A DNA stretch of 48,211 nucleotides from Chara braunii (taxonomy: Eukaryota; Plantae; Charophyceae). The notes beneath the pieces were generated by a model that saw only the letters and a program-made list of their open reading frames with translations, was not told the origin of the DNA and ran no database searches. Of the stretch, positions 1-11,660 are shown one piece after another. The stretch lies in the NCBI GenBank assembly GCA_003427395.1, contig BFEA01000039.1, forward strand, positions 1,575,774 to 1,623,984, given 5' to 3'. The position numbers and the translations under genes are program-made. Position 1 is the stretch's first letter. Each line of letters starts with the position of its first letter.

Positions 1-932
1 ACAAGCCGCATCTCTGAAAAATAGATCCTATCGTGCATTGCGTTCTCTTCCCGACTGGTTGGTAGATCACATTAGAGCTTACAAGTTAGAACTTAAACCA
101 CCAGTACCTCGCCCGTACATCGGCCGCAGGCCCCTTGCTGCGACTTTCGGAGACCCGAAACATGGCAACACCTGCCTATGAAATTTACCAACGGCGGCCT
201 GACCCCGGAAGTTGCGGCCGTTAACAAGCCGCATCTCTGAAAAATAGTCGGGAAAGGTACAATTGGCTTAAGAAGTTGCTATTCAGATGTGATTTGTTTT
301 CCCTTTTCTTTTTGTTTGTTGAGGCTTTTAAAGTCGTAGGCCAAGTTACATATGCTTCGATACTGAGAAGTATAAGCAAACAGAAGACTCGGTCTCACTG
401 TCACATTAGGAGGAAGGCGTAGTTATTATAGCAATGGGACTTTTCAAATCGGGAGGGGATTTTGGAAGGCGGCTGGGTCTTCCTTGCTCTTCTCAGGTGG
501 TTGGGCCTTCCTTGCTCTTCTTAATTCTCAATTGCACACTTGTATCCCATCGTGGCTGTTTGATGTGGGAAGTTGACGGCCAGAGCCTGTTGGGACCCTG
601 ACCATTTTTAGTGCAGTGGACTCTGAACAGTCCGCTTCATGTAAGCAGGTGGAGCCGTTTGCTTGGAATTGGGCTTATGGAGATTTAAAGCCACCAGTCC
701 ATACGAAGTATCTGGTGGGTCCTACAAGGTGCGACGAAGGCCAACTCTTCATGTGGAAACACATGCTTGGACACTTCAAAAAACGTTAGGAAATAAAGAT
801 GGTGCATTTCAGAAGCCATTGGGTCGCATAACAATCGTGCGACATCATGCGAGAAAGAGAGAGGCTGTGCAACCATTGAGCAACATGCGCAAGAGAGAGA
901 CAGGTCGTGCCATGGCCGTGCATTTGCACGGG

Positions 933-933
<1 letters not shown>

Positions 934-966
<33 letters not shown>
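934..966. repeat. (CT)n microsatellite
   Basis: Read directly. Confidence 0.95.
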
Positions 967-968
<2 letters not shown>

Positions 969-2594
969 AAAAGATGACAAAAAGAAAAAGAACGAAGAAA
1001 ACTTAGACCTCCTCCCCTCCCCCACCCTCGTGCTGTGGCTCTCGTGTGTGTGTTGGTATCTGCTATGCACAACTCCCGCGTGGCAGATGTCTTCCCATGC
1101 CATCACTTGCACGTGAGTGCATGGCGGAGGAAAATAAAGCAAATTAAACTCAGGAAATCAGGAAAACAAAAGAAAACGGAAATGGCACTGTCCGGCATCC
1201 TTTTCGACCCGCAGCGAACAGCAGGTCCAAACTTTCCGATAATGCAGAGTCCTATACGGCTACCGTGCTTATTCTCCAAGGGTAACTATTACCTATCACT
1301 TTTATGGTCAGCAAAATGAGTTTTCTGGTTCGTCGATTTACCTTTGGATCGACTGCGGTTTAACTCCTTTTGCAAAGAAAACAAATGCTCGCTCAGATGT
1401 TGGCAGGTCACGAAAACAAAACAAAACGACTCAGGCAGTACCACACATGAAACTGCAACTTTTTTCATTTTCCATTTCAACTGCCAGTACATCGCCCAGG
1501 CAAACTGGAGACGCAAAAAGGAATCAGTCGGAAACGTTTGGAGGCTGCGGGATGCTGGATCTACCAAAGAATACCGTGGGCTGAGCACGCTGAGCAGCTT
1601 ACCACAATTTTTAACGGCCCTTCGCTCCGCCGAAGGGCTAATAATGTTCTTTAATAAAAAATGGCTGGTGTTGCCAGACAAAAAAAAAGGTGATTTGCGC
1701 TCTGGCGTTTCCTCAAATCTTGGCCACCTCGGTAAGAAGAGGAGGCTCGGAGTTACTGGTGGGTTAATGGTGAGGGCAGGAAGGTATCATCATCACCATG
1801 ACTGACCCCAGGCTATCCAGAGTTAGACCACCAATACGTACCATGATTTTAGGCGTTGACGTGGTGGATGAATTTGTGTGCACGTGGGTCTGTAATCATG
1901 TGAGTCAGAGGGGGGGCCTAAGACCCCCTGAGGTACTAGTGGTTGAGGACTATTCATTTGATTCCGTCAGGACTCGGGACCTTTTGGCAGCCCTCCATGG
2001 ACCCAAAATCAAGTGGAAAGACTGGAGTAACTCGGAAACTGCAGACTTGCTTATGAGTAAGTTATGATTCGTGGCGGAGAGCCGTATGATGGGAAACTAT
2101 CACGTGCGGTTCGGAGGGCGGGAAAAGACAACTCCAGTAACCAACAGTAAAGAATAAACCACCAGTGCATTTCCGAGCCATTTTTCCGCGATGCTGCATG
2201 GCTGCAGCTGCAAGTTTTGGGGGTCGGTCAACCGGGGCAAAATGGCTGGCGGCGCCAGCCAAAAGAAGGCCCACGCGGGGTTCAATTTTTGTGGGCGCGC
2301 AGGGCACTTCCAGGTTCGGCGAGGAAAGGGTCAAGAGTACTGGTGGTTGATGAGCCCTGAGCTCTCCTCTTCAAACATGAATAACTGAGGTTTGGCTGGG
2401 GAATTGGCGGTCGGTTGGGATGTTGTGTAGTAGAGTGAGGCCTAAAGCTTTCTTGGGGAGGCAAGGTTTTTTTGCTGGATGTATTGGGGGCCATGTTCGT
2501 CGCCTGATACGTTTAGGATGCCGGCCGTTCAGTCGAGTGAGGCTTGAAGTGTTTTGGGCGGAGTGTGTTTCTATTGCACTGATGTTTAGCCCCC

Positions 2595-3188
2595 TTCCCC
2601 CACCACAACCACGTCTCTCAAGTCAGCTCCCCTTGGCGAAGTTTATGAGTGTTGGAGACTTATAGCATGCAAGAATGGGGGGGGGGGGGACCTCACAAAT
2701 CCCTCTGGCATGGAACTTTTTCTTCTTTTGTTTCTGGCGGCGAAGCCAATTTGCTCTGTATTCTAGTTTTCTTCTTGCCGACATCGATGAATGCCGAGGA
2801 CGAACAAAACCGAAACCGGGCAGTTGAGGGTGGCCGAGGGGTAGGGGGGAAAGGCGTAGCTCCTCGTCCAGGGACCTCACGACAACTGCATCTCATATTA
2901 CCTTCTCTTTATGGTCATGAATGTGGAAGACAAAGATAAGTGAAAGGAGGAATTGAAGGGAGAGGCGGGTGCCCGGGGAGGGGATGGGGTCCCCAGCTGC
3001 ACCAGCATCCTCTCAGCTCACATCCCCTTAGCAGCATTCATGAACGTTGAAGACACGTAACCTGCAAGAATGGAGGGGAGCCTGATAAATCTGCCCCATG
3101 GAAACTTCTTTTGAGTTCTGTTTCGGTTCCTTTCGTAGGGGCTATGCAAATCTGCATTTGAGGGGAGCCCACGCCACAACCACATCTT
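2595..3188 (+). repeat. Old degenerate repeat family; continues at 7276-7442 and 28772-28900
   Basis: tccccttgg...gttggagac...gcaagaatggaggg...acctcacaaatc...atggaaacttctt at ~2650, ~3047 and ~28780. Confidence 0.7.
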
Positions 3189-3620
3189 GATGTGGCTCAG
3201 TGGTTAGAGCACCGGTTGGAAATGTGCATTGTGGTATAAGGTTGCGGGTTCAAATCCGCAGCCTTGCGCATGGACACCGGCAGGGCGTTAAAATGACGCA
3301 CGGCTGGACACACACCCCCTTGGGATGACGCAGGTTAGCTATTACAGACACTGCCTGCGCACCACTCAAGGGTTGTTGATGGTGTTGTATGTTGGTTCTG
3401 GGTTTCACATGGGTTGCTTGGGGGTGTTGGTCTTGGGCATTCTGTTCATCTCCCCAGTCTGGCAAATCACACGGTTGGGCCATTTCCACTGGTCATTCAC
3501 ATGGTACAGTCATTCGACTATATGTTACAACTTGAAGGTCACGGGTTCGAGCTTGGTTCGGACCTTGGGGGGGTCCCTGTCCAGCTTACCCCGTTCTCTC
3601 TCTTCGATATACAGAGTATA

Positions 3621-3920
3621 CATAGCCTTCGGACATAACATAGAATTATATATCGCCTACGTGCTATATATACACACATAGCCTTTGCCTTCAGACATAA
3701 CACAGAACTATATATCGCCTATTGGCTGCATACACGCCTTCAGACATAACATTGAACTACACATCGCCCACGGGCTACATACACAAAGTTTCCACACATG
3801 ATACACTCATAGCCTTCAGACATAACATTGAACTATATATCGCCTACGGGCTACATACACATATATATAGCCTTCGGACATAACATAGAACTACACATCG
3901 CCTATGGGCTACATACACAA
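3621..3920 (+). repeat. Five ~55-bp tandem units inside the SINE
   Basis: gccttcRgacataaca..gaactaYaYatcgcc...gctacatacaca, five copies. Confidence 0.9.
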
Positions 3921-4313
3921 GGTTGGGGTGTGACGCGCAACCTCACGCCCTGCGCTACCTTCCGTTCGGAGTGGTTAAATTGCGGATGGGGGCCCCAAAA
4001 CAACAGCGAGATGTGGTGTGCCAAGGATTTTTGGAAAATTAAGTGTGGGGACATGGACAGAACCGAAATTCCCTATGCCAATCCGACTGAGTAAGAAGGG
4101 AGGGTCCGTCACTGCTCGGGTTTCAAGGGAGAAAAAGGCGCGCGCAGGACGCTCGGCGTGGGGAAGTTCAATCCATAAAGTATCGTTGAACTTCCCATCG
4201 GGCCGTTACTTTCCGCTTCGTGTGAAAGGGAGCGGGTACGCACTTGGTATCTCGGTTTCGGATCAAGTCCCGATGCCGCTCATTGCATAACTCAAAATCT
4301 GACGTGGAGGGTC

Positions 4314-4733
4314 TCAGTCGCGTAGCTCGTTCCTTATGCTCGTCCTCACTCCGCACTCGGTAATGGAAGCCTTTTGATTGGTAACGCTCGAGCGACAACA
4401 ATCGTTACACAGTGTGTTAGGCCAATGGGGTGCCACTGCCGTCCATGGAATGGCAATCAATTCATTAAACGACAATAGCAGCAAATAAGGCGGAAAATGT
4501 GTATCGATAATGACAAAGCCAGCACCAACAAATCCTGAGCACCGAGTTTCGGGGGGGAAATAGTATCGGCCGCCGATCTTGGCGACGACTTCTCGTACGT
4601 CCCACTCGCATACACGTGTCCTTTTCTCGTTGTACGGGAAGGGACGTGGCGAGGATACGAGAGGCCGACGCCCAATCGGGTTGAGGCCGTCGGTCCACAT
4701 GGCAATCCGATCAACTGCAAGAGTCGGTCTCAA
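4314..4733 (-). CDS. Conserved unknown protein inside element A (first ATG ~4700)
   Basis: GFVIIDTHFPPYLLLLSFNELIAIPWTAVAPHWPNTLCNDC aligns without gaps to the B and C ORFs. Confidence 0.65.
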   Translation of the reverse strand: MRPTLAVDRIAMWTDGLNPIGRRPLVSSPRPFPYNEKRTRVCEWDVREVVAKIGGRYYFPPETRCSGFVGAGFVIIDTHFPPYLLLLSFNELIAIPWTAVAPHWPNTLCNDCCRSSVTNQKASITECGVRTSIRNELRD

Positions 4734-4864
4734 TCATTTATCGTTAATCCGACTGTCGTGATGATCGAAAATACACAACCTATCAATCGGGTTTTTCCGG
4801 TCGTCGCCTTTATCCGCTTTAGACATGCGAGGTGAAGTGAGAGCACTCCTTTATTTCCCCAAGG

Positions 4865-4866
<2 letters not shown>

Positions 4867-4938
<72 letters not shown>
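4867..4938. repeat. (AG)n microsatellite (~36 units) within element A
   Basis: Read directly. Confidence 0.95.
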
Positions 4939-4941
<3 letters not shown>

Positions 4942-7779
4942 CGAAATGATCTATGGGTCTCTCCAAGAAGTTTTCATAAGGAAACCGTGGGGACAGTATT
5001 CTCATCAGGTGGGACACAACCCACTGCATGCAGGTCGCACGTGGCGCCCTTCTTCCTTCTGAGAAGATAGATCGCCTTTCGGGTTTTGCGTAGCGAGGGC
5101 AAGCTGCAGATGGTATGCGTAGTGTATTCTCAATTGAAGATCCCAGGGTATTTTCCCCGCGATCACATCATCGACAGATCTGAACACTCTAGCACTCTCG
5201 AACAAAATCCCAACATCATTGCCCTTGCCGATAACTCAACCCCACAACAACTCGTCGACCTAATAAAAGACCAGTCCTTCAACGACAATTTGCATTTGCG
5301 GTTTCTCATCGCGGAAGGTGCAAAAATGACAGCCATGCATGCATCATTCGGTTCTCCGTGTGCTTCGCGCCCCTGCCCCGTCATTCCATGGTTAATCAAA
5401 ACACCGGCCCATCAGGCAACCATTTAATGACAAACATACATAGTCATTCATATCGTAATGTAGGTGGAAAGAAGAAGTGCGAAATGAATGAAATAGATGA
5501 AAATTACACAGAAATCCGAAGATGAAAAGAACTTCCGACTTAACTGTCGTGGAGCTGTACTCACTCCAAAGAAAGATTCCAGACTAGGAGGCGCATCCGC
5601 CGTAAAGTTCCATCATGGCCCCAGGCCATTCATCCACCCAACTCTGACCACTATCCTTATACCTGCACCGACAATCTCGGTCGTCGCATACCACCTTCCA
5701 CCATCGCGATCGTCACCCTCGCCAACTTAGTTTCTGCGCGAGCTTGCCCCGATTCCGCAATCCGTTGTGGCGATCAGGCGCACACCCAACCAGTCTACAG
5801 TCAGCCCGTCAGGACTTTTCGATCCGCATTGTACACATACCATCTAGCCACTGCTTCCCGGAAGCTGGCTGACGAGTTGAGAGAGAGATTTACGGATGCG
5901 CATGCGGATTTTATAGTTGCGAGAAGGGAGATAGATGCGGAGAAAGATGAAGAATTGGGGAGAGGAAGGAGAGGGAGGGTTTGAGGGTAATCGTCCGTCG
6001 AAAGCCATGTTGATACCTCGCAGTCCTATCTCGGCCAATCGAAATCGTCACGTAGTAGGGATTTCCTCTTACACGGCGCTTCTCCTTGGCTAGATGGGGA
6101 AAAGAGAGGATCGACCGGGTTTTCGAGCGCAGGATTTAGAGCGGGAAGAAGAAGGGTGCGAAGGATAGCGCGAAACAGGTCCAAGATTTAGATGATCAAG
6201 AAAGAGAAAAAGAGCACGCGCGGGGAAGGAGAGAGAAAAACAGTTACAGGGGGAGGAAGCGAGAAAGCATGAGCGCGCGAGGGAGGGCGCTGAGAGGAGC
6301 GTGAGAAGGACGGAGGAGGGAGCTCGTATGCATGGCGCCGAGCATCAAAATGGGCACCGAGACAGTTGCAGTTTTTCCAAGCCCTATGCTAATTCAAAAA
6401 TTGAAATCACCATATCCTTGCGCAAAGTAGGCACAGGAAAAGAAAGAAAGTCTTACGTCTATCCACATTCCTACAAAATTCCCTGAGTTTTCCACGTTGA
6501 GGCCGAGAACATTCATGCGTAAAAGGACACGTCGAGTTCCGTTAATTTTGGAATTTTTAACCGTCGAGCCAAATTCCGAGTGCGCTCGCTAAGGCGTGCG
6601 TAATTCCCATGCATTTCCAAATTACAAAAAAGGACGAAATTTCAAAAATCACTAGTGCTGACAACGATACAGGTCTCAGCGAGGTACCTTTAATCGAAAA
6701 ACAGAGAGGGGTTTTTTGGGGCCGAGCAAGACACATCTTGATTCAAAAGAAACAAGGGGAGGGGAGGGGTCCGGAAGATGGTGCGGGCCTGGAAACTGGT
6801 AAGTCACAGGGGGGTTCTAGTCATTGGATATGGGTCTAGTATCTGCAGTGGGTTCAGGTTGGTTGGATAGGGTGTCATTGGGTGCAGTTCCTACTGACAT
6901 CCGGATGTAACTATCTAGTGGCCATATATTGGGACCTGTGGTACATTGTCTGGGCCTGGCGTCCGAAGTTCCCGTTCGACCAGGTCGTCCGATTCCGCTT
7001 CCACCCGGGCTGGGCAGCTTATCAGCCCTGGTGCCTATCACTGCTGTTCGCTCCAAGTTGCCTACCCAATGGTAGGGCAATGGTCCTGAGTGCTGGTCAC
7101 ACTGAGGTGGGATAGTGGGATAGGGGGTGCACTAGGAGTATTGACGTGAGCATGGGATGGGAGGTGGTCTCATATTCCTGGACAGCCATGGCTCACAGCT
7201 CCAAGTGATCACTGTGCACTCAGTGACTGGCCGTTACAACACCTTGGACTTTTCATTAAAAAAAAAAAAAAAAAAACGCCACAACCACATCTTCTCATAT
7301 CACCTCCCCTTGTCCACATTGATCGACAAAACCGAAGCCAAGCAGTTGAAGTGGGGGTGAGGGGTGCGGGAGAGGACCTACGCAGCCCGTCTGTCATCAT
7401 AGTCACATCCGAGTTCTCTCCTGTCACCATCCCTTGGTGGCCTGTGACGCCCAAAACCTCACGCCCAGCGCGACTTCCTGATCGGAGTAGGATGTGGGTC
7501 TGGAAGTGCGAAAAGGGGTGTGCCAAAGATTTTTGGGAAAGTGGGGGTGGAGTCCCAGGTTGGAACTGGGATCTCTTATGGCAAAGTTTTTCGGGGGCAC
7601 AAGTGCAATTTGGCGGAGAGGGCGGACCGCCCTTGGTCATAAGGCAGATGGCATGCACGGGTCACTCAAAGTCGGGCGAGCCATTGGTTCCGAGGACGGC
7701 GGTTTGTGGGAAGGTCCCTTCGGGGTAGGTGGGTTTCCGATGAGTCAGGTCATCAGAAATTGCCACGTGGCGCCGGTCG

Positions 7780-8241
7780 TCACGCGTTTGGGTTAGGCCT
7801 CCGGGTTTCCAGGGTTCTCGGATCGCCGCGTCGTCTGCAATTTCCGCAGGGTGTGCTGGGCCAGTATGGGGCTATGGCCTTCCACGGGACGATGCTGAGT
7901 TGGTGATACGGAAGAAGAAGACGGAAGGTAGGAAAACTGGTGGAGATAACGACAAATTCGGGGTTAGTGAAGTAGTGGGTGTGGTCGTGAGTGGGGAAAT
8001 CAGAGCACCGGGGGTCGCTAGTGGTGGCGCAATGAGACTCCCTAGGACACAGTCGGTTCTCGGTTAGGCAAGGGTATCTCTGTCGGAGGATTTCGTTTAT
8101 CCAAAGGATGAAGTAGTCCGGGTCGTACAACAACGACTCCGAGCTCTCTGAGTGTGTCATTATATCATCGCAGAGCTGTGAGATGCCTAAGAGAGGGTCT
8201 GTGTCGATTGCGATCACCGCGTGCGAGCACGTGCAGGCCAC
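7780..8241 (-). CDS. Conserved unknown protein inside element B
   Basis: EFVVISTSFPTFRLLLPYHQLSIVPWKAIAPYWPSTPCGNC. Confidence 0.65.
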   Translation of the reverse strand: MACTCSHAVIAIDTDPLLGISQLCDDIMTHSESSESLLYDPDYFILWINEILRQRYPCLTENRLCPRESHCATTSDPRCSDFPTHDHTHYFTNPEFVVISTSFPTFRLLLPYHQLSIVPWKAIAPYWPSTPCGNCRRRGDPRTLETRRPNPNA

Positions 8242-9407
8242 ACGAATGAAGTCGTGCTTACTCGTGTTCGTTCAGGATGACTTCTCCGTCGCGGACCCTG
8301 GATGGCCGAGTCCAATCAGACAGTGCTGCTGCAATCAATGGTCCTTTTAGGGATTTGACGAATCGACGCACGGGGGTACGTGTAAATGCGCAACTCAGAT
8401 CACGTTTACACGTGTCCTCGCGCGGCGTTCGCTAGGGCAGACATCCGACTGTCTAATCACTCCGTAATTTTTGATCATGCAAGATGCAACAACCACAATA
8501 GCTCAATCAAAAGATAAGCAAAAACGAGAACAGGATTATCGATTGCGCAAAATTCCTATCCTACTCATGAGTGCATCAAATGCAGTAAACAAGGTCAAAG
8601 ACAACGATCTAATAGGATATCAAAAAACCAAACATGACATTCATACATTCATTCATTCAGCAACACACACACAAATGCAGTAAACAAGGTCAAACCCAAC
8701 TCCAGGTTCCGAAAAACAAAAACGGGCAAATCGTCCAAAGCCGAAATCAAAATTATGTACACGAGATAGGAGGGAGATAAGATAAAAGAAACAGCAAAAC
8801 CGCGTCCATCAACCTCAACTCCCTCCTCCTCTCTCTCTCTCTCTCTACGATGCGGACAGTCCGTCGTCGCGCACCTACCCACGAAGCCGTCACCCCGGTT
8901 AGTCCTCCCGCACCCATCAGGTTCGCCCACGCCCACAGTTCGTCGTGGCCCGCGTCAACCCTGCGCGTTTGGCACCAGCTCGTCGGGTCAACCGACTCTT
9001 GCTCTACTCACCTCTTACTTCGCTCGTGTGCCGACCCTCTCTGATCGTGCAACCCCGAGCTTCCAACAGCTGGTTAAGAGAGCTAACTAATTGCGCCGCT
9101 GAAATTTATAGCGTGCATGCATGCGCGAGGAACACGGAATTACCAAGACTTAGAGGGAGGGGTGGGGAGGGATTGCCCACGTATGCATGGCCGGTGTCGA
9201 CCGATAGAAGGGGTCTGCCGGCACGCCGTCCGAACCCTATGCCTCGCGCCGCGTTTGTCACCCGCGCGAGGGTCGGTCGGGGCTCATGTAACTTGCACAA
9301 AACTTGTCAGTCCACATCAACAAATACAAGTACCGTAGACGACCGTGACCAATGCGAGAAGGAACTCATGAAACACTGTCTGGCAGAAATAAAAGAAGTA
9401 GTTGCAT

Positions 9408-9650
9408 TCAGTCCAAAACAATGGGATGTGAAACACTCGTTCCGGCCTCAGCTGTACACCTCGCTCCTGTGGCTGGGAAGTCCGTCTGAGTCCCTACGGA
9501 CCTAGTCAACAAACGTCGCCTAATCCTCCTCCCGATTGGGTGTCGCCTGTACCGTGCACGTCGATCCCAAGGGACTGTGCTCGAACTCTCAGTGTCAGAA
9601 GTAGCCTCCCTCGCCCATCGGGGCCAAAGCTCCAGATCGACCGTGACCAT
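9408..9650 (-). CDS. LTR-internal 80-aa ORF with Arg-rich patch and RSVGTQTD motif (3' LTR copy)
   Basis: Strong start context actATGg; intact in both LTRs; 4 of the 6 inter-LTR differences are synonymous. Confidence 0.4.
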   Translation of the reverse strand: MVTVDLELWPRWAREATSDTESSSTVPWDRRARYRRHPIGRRIRRRLLTRSVGTQTDFPATGARCTAEAGTSVSHPIVLD

Positions 9651-9659
9651 AGTTCGGGT

Positions 9660-9825
9660 GTACCCCTTCGGAAAGCCACTCCACGAAAGTCCCTCTTCGG
9701 AAAACCTGCGTCCTGAAAGTACCGCTCGATAAGCCCCCTTCGGACGTACCCCTTCGGAAAGCCCACTTCGCGAAAGTACCCCTTCGGAAAGCCTGCTTCA
9801 CGAAAGTACCCGCTCGAGAAGCCCC
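9660..9825. repeat. ~15-bp-period (30-bp higher-order) tandem array in the LTR, running into the N block; copy at 25035-25200
   Basis: gtaccccttcggaaa / gcccacttcgcgaaa / gtaccccttcggaaa / gcctgcttcacgaaa. Confidence 0.85.
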
Positions 9826-10625
9826 NNNNNNNNNNNNNNNNNNNNNNNNNNNNNNNNNNNNNNNNNNNNNNNNNNNNNNNNNNNNNNNNNNNNNNNNNNN
9901 NNNNNNNNNNNNNNNNNNNNNNNNNNNNNNNNNNNNNNNNNNNNNNNNNNNNNNNNNNNNNNNNNNNNNNNNNNNNNNNNNNNNNNNNNNNNNNNNNNNN
10001 NNNNNNNNNNNNNNNNNNNNNNNNNNNNNNNNNNNNNNNNNNNNNNNNNNNNNNNNNNNNNNNNNNNNNNNNNNNNNNNNNNNNNNNNNNNNNNNNNNNN
10101 NNNNNNNNNNNNNNNNNNNNNNNNNNNNNNNNNNNNNNNNNNNNNNNNNNNNNNNNNNNNNNNNNNNNNNNNNNNNNNNNNNNNNNNNNNNNNNNNNNNN
10201 NNNNNNNNNNNNNNNNNNNNNNNNNNNNNNNNNNNNNNNNNNNNNNNNNNNNNNNNNNNNNNNNNNNNNNNNNNNNNNNNNNNNNNNNNNNNNNNNNNNN
10301 NNNNNNNNNNNNNNNNNNNNNNNNNNNNNNNNNNNNNNNNNNNNNNNNNNNNNNNNNNNNNNNNNNNNNNNNNNNNNNNNNNNNNNNNNNNNNNNNNNNN
10401 NNNNNNNNNNNNNNNNNNNNNNNNNNNNNNNNNNNNNNNNNNNNNNNNNNNNNNNNNNNNNNNNNNNNNNNNNNNNNNNNNNNNNNNNNNNNNNNNNNNN
10501 NNNNNNNNNNNNNNNNNNNNNNNNNNNNNNNNNNNNNNNNNNNNNNNNNNNNNNNNNNNNNNNNNNNNNNNNNNNNNNNNNNNNNNNNNNNNNNNNNNNN
10601 NNNNNNNNNNNNNNNNNNNNNNNNN
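9826..10625. other. 800-N gap or mask inside the 3' LTR
   Basis: Unreadable; starts 631 nt from the + strand LTR start. Confidence 0.99.
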
Positions 10626-11204
10626 GACTCAGTCTGGTGTCCCAATCGGTGCCCAACAGCTCAGTTCGATCCCGGGTCCCAATCTGCATCCGAGAGGTCT
10701 GCTCAATCCGCTGTCCCAACCTGCGTCCAAGTGCCCGGTCCGGCTCGGTATCCGAATCCGTGCCCAAAAGTCCCGCTTTACTTGATGAGCCACGTCCGAC
10801 CAAGAGGGCAGTTCATTCCGGCGATCCGAAGGCATGCCCAAAAGTGCCGCCTTGAGTGATACTCGGGTGCCACAGATCGCCTGTACCTGGTCTGTGTCTG
10901 ACGCCCGATTCACAGTGCCCCAGCCGAGCGCTAACATGTGCGCTGGCGCGAACTGGCTCACGTGCCCGCCTACCCTTTGGATCCCCCTGCTGTCCCTGAT
11001 GTGCAGCGCGTAAGAAAGCACCACGGGCGCACGGCACCTTACCTGCTCCGACTAGGAGTGCGCTGGTGCGTGCGCGGCTTCCTGCCCGTCCTGGCCCATC
11101 CCACGCAAGTGCTCGCAGGTGCGCACGATTGCCCTCACATGAGCGCACGCATGCGTGGCAGCTCCGCAACTCATCCCCCCTTGGCGCGGGTGCGCGCAGA
11201 TGCT

Positions 11205-11660
11205 CAGTGTGTGTGTGTGTGTGAGTGGTGACGCGCTGGCGATCCACCTACGCGCGCGTCATAGCGCACTCGCACGCCCCCCCCCTTCGCTGTCAGCTTG
11301 TGCAGGCACACCGGTGCGCGAGAATGCACACGTGTGTGTACGTGGATGTGCGCGCGTGTGCACGCGGGTCCACGGAAGTGTTCGCGAGGGTGCGCGCGGG
11401 TCCACGGAAGTGTCCCCGAGGGAGCGCGCTGATGTGCACAGGTATGCGCGCGTGTGCGTGGGAGTGTGCGTGCGTGTGCACGTGGATGTGCACGTGTGTG
11501 CGCGTGGGTCCGCGGAAGTGTTCGCGAGGGTGCGCGCGGGTCCGCTGAAGTGTCCCCGAGGGAGCGTGCTGATGTGCACAGGTATGCGCGCCTATGCGTG
11601 CGGGTGCGAGGAAGTGTGCGCGCGTGTGCGCTCGGGCGCGCGCAGGTCTCCGCGCGCATG
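11205..11660. repeat. GC-rich LTR segment: (TG)n, alternating purine-pyrimidine tracts and a 140-bp tandem duplication with 30-bp subunits; copy at ~26582-27065
   Basis: ggaagtgttcgcgagg at 11374 and 11514; the (TG)n run is longer in the 5' LTR. Confidence 0.8.

Larger units (their letters stand above)
3929..6808 (-). mobile_element. Solo-LTR-like element A (2880 bp), inserted in the SINE
   Basis: TGTGAC...GTCACA ends; GGGG on both flanks; first ~150 bp homologous to 7443 and 33950; minus-strand CTATAAA at 5910-5916. Confidence 0.8.
3189..7275 (+). mobile_element. tRNA-derived SINE-like retroposon (~1.2 kb after removing element A)
   Basis: A-box TGGCTCAGTGG (3193), B-box GGTTCAAATCC (3247), poly(A) 7258-7275, 18-bp TSD acgccacaaccacatctt (3171-3188, 7276-7293). 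Confidence 0.88.

Noticed and set aside
3189-3270. Functional tRNA gene (also 29205-29276)
   Set aside because: Only A/B boxes are convincing; stems are broken, and the first is bounded by a TSD and poly(A) as a SINE
3621-3920. CRISPR-like appearance of the ~55-bp repeats and of the LTR arrays
   Set aside because: Head-to-tail degenerate units without unique spacers; no cas genes; eukaryotic TE context
9506-10803. 375-402-aa ORFs spanning the N blocks (also 24881-26178)
   Set aside because: Their length comes from translating N as X; not supportable
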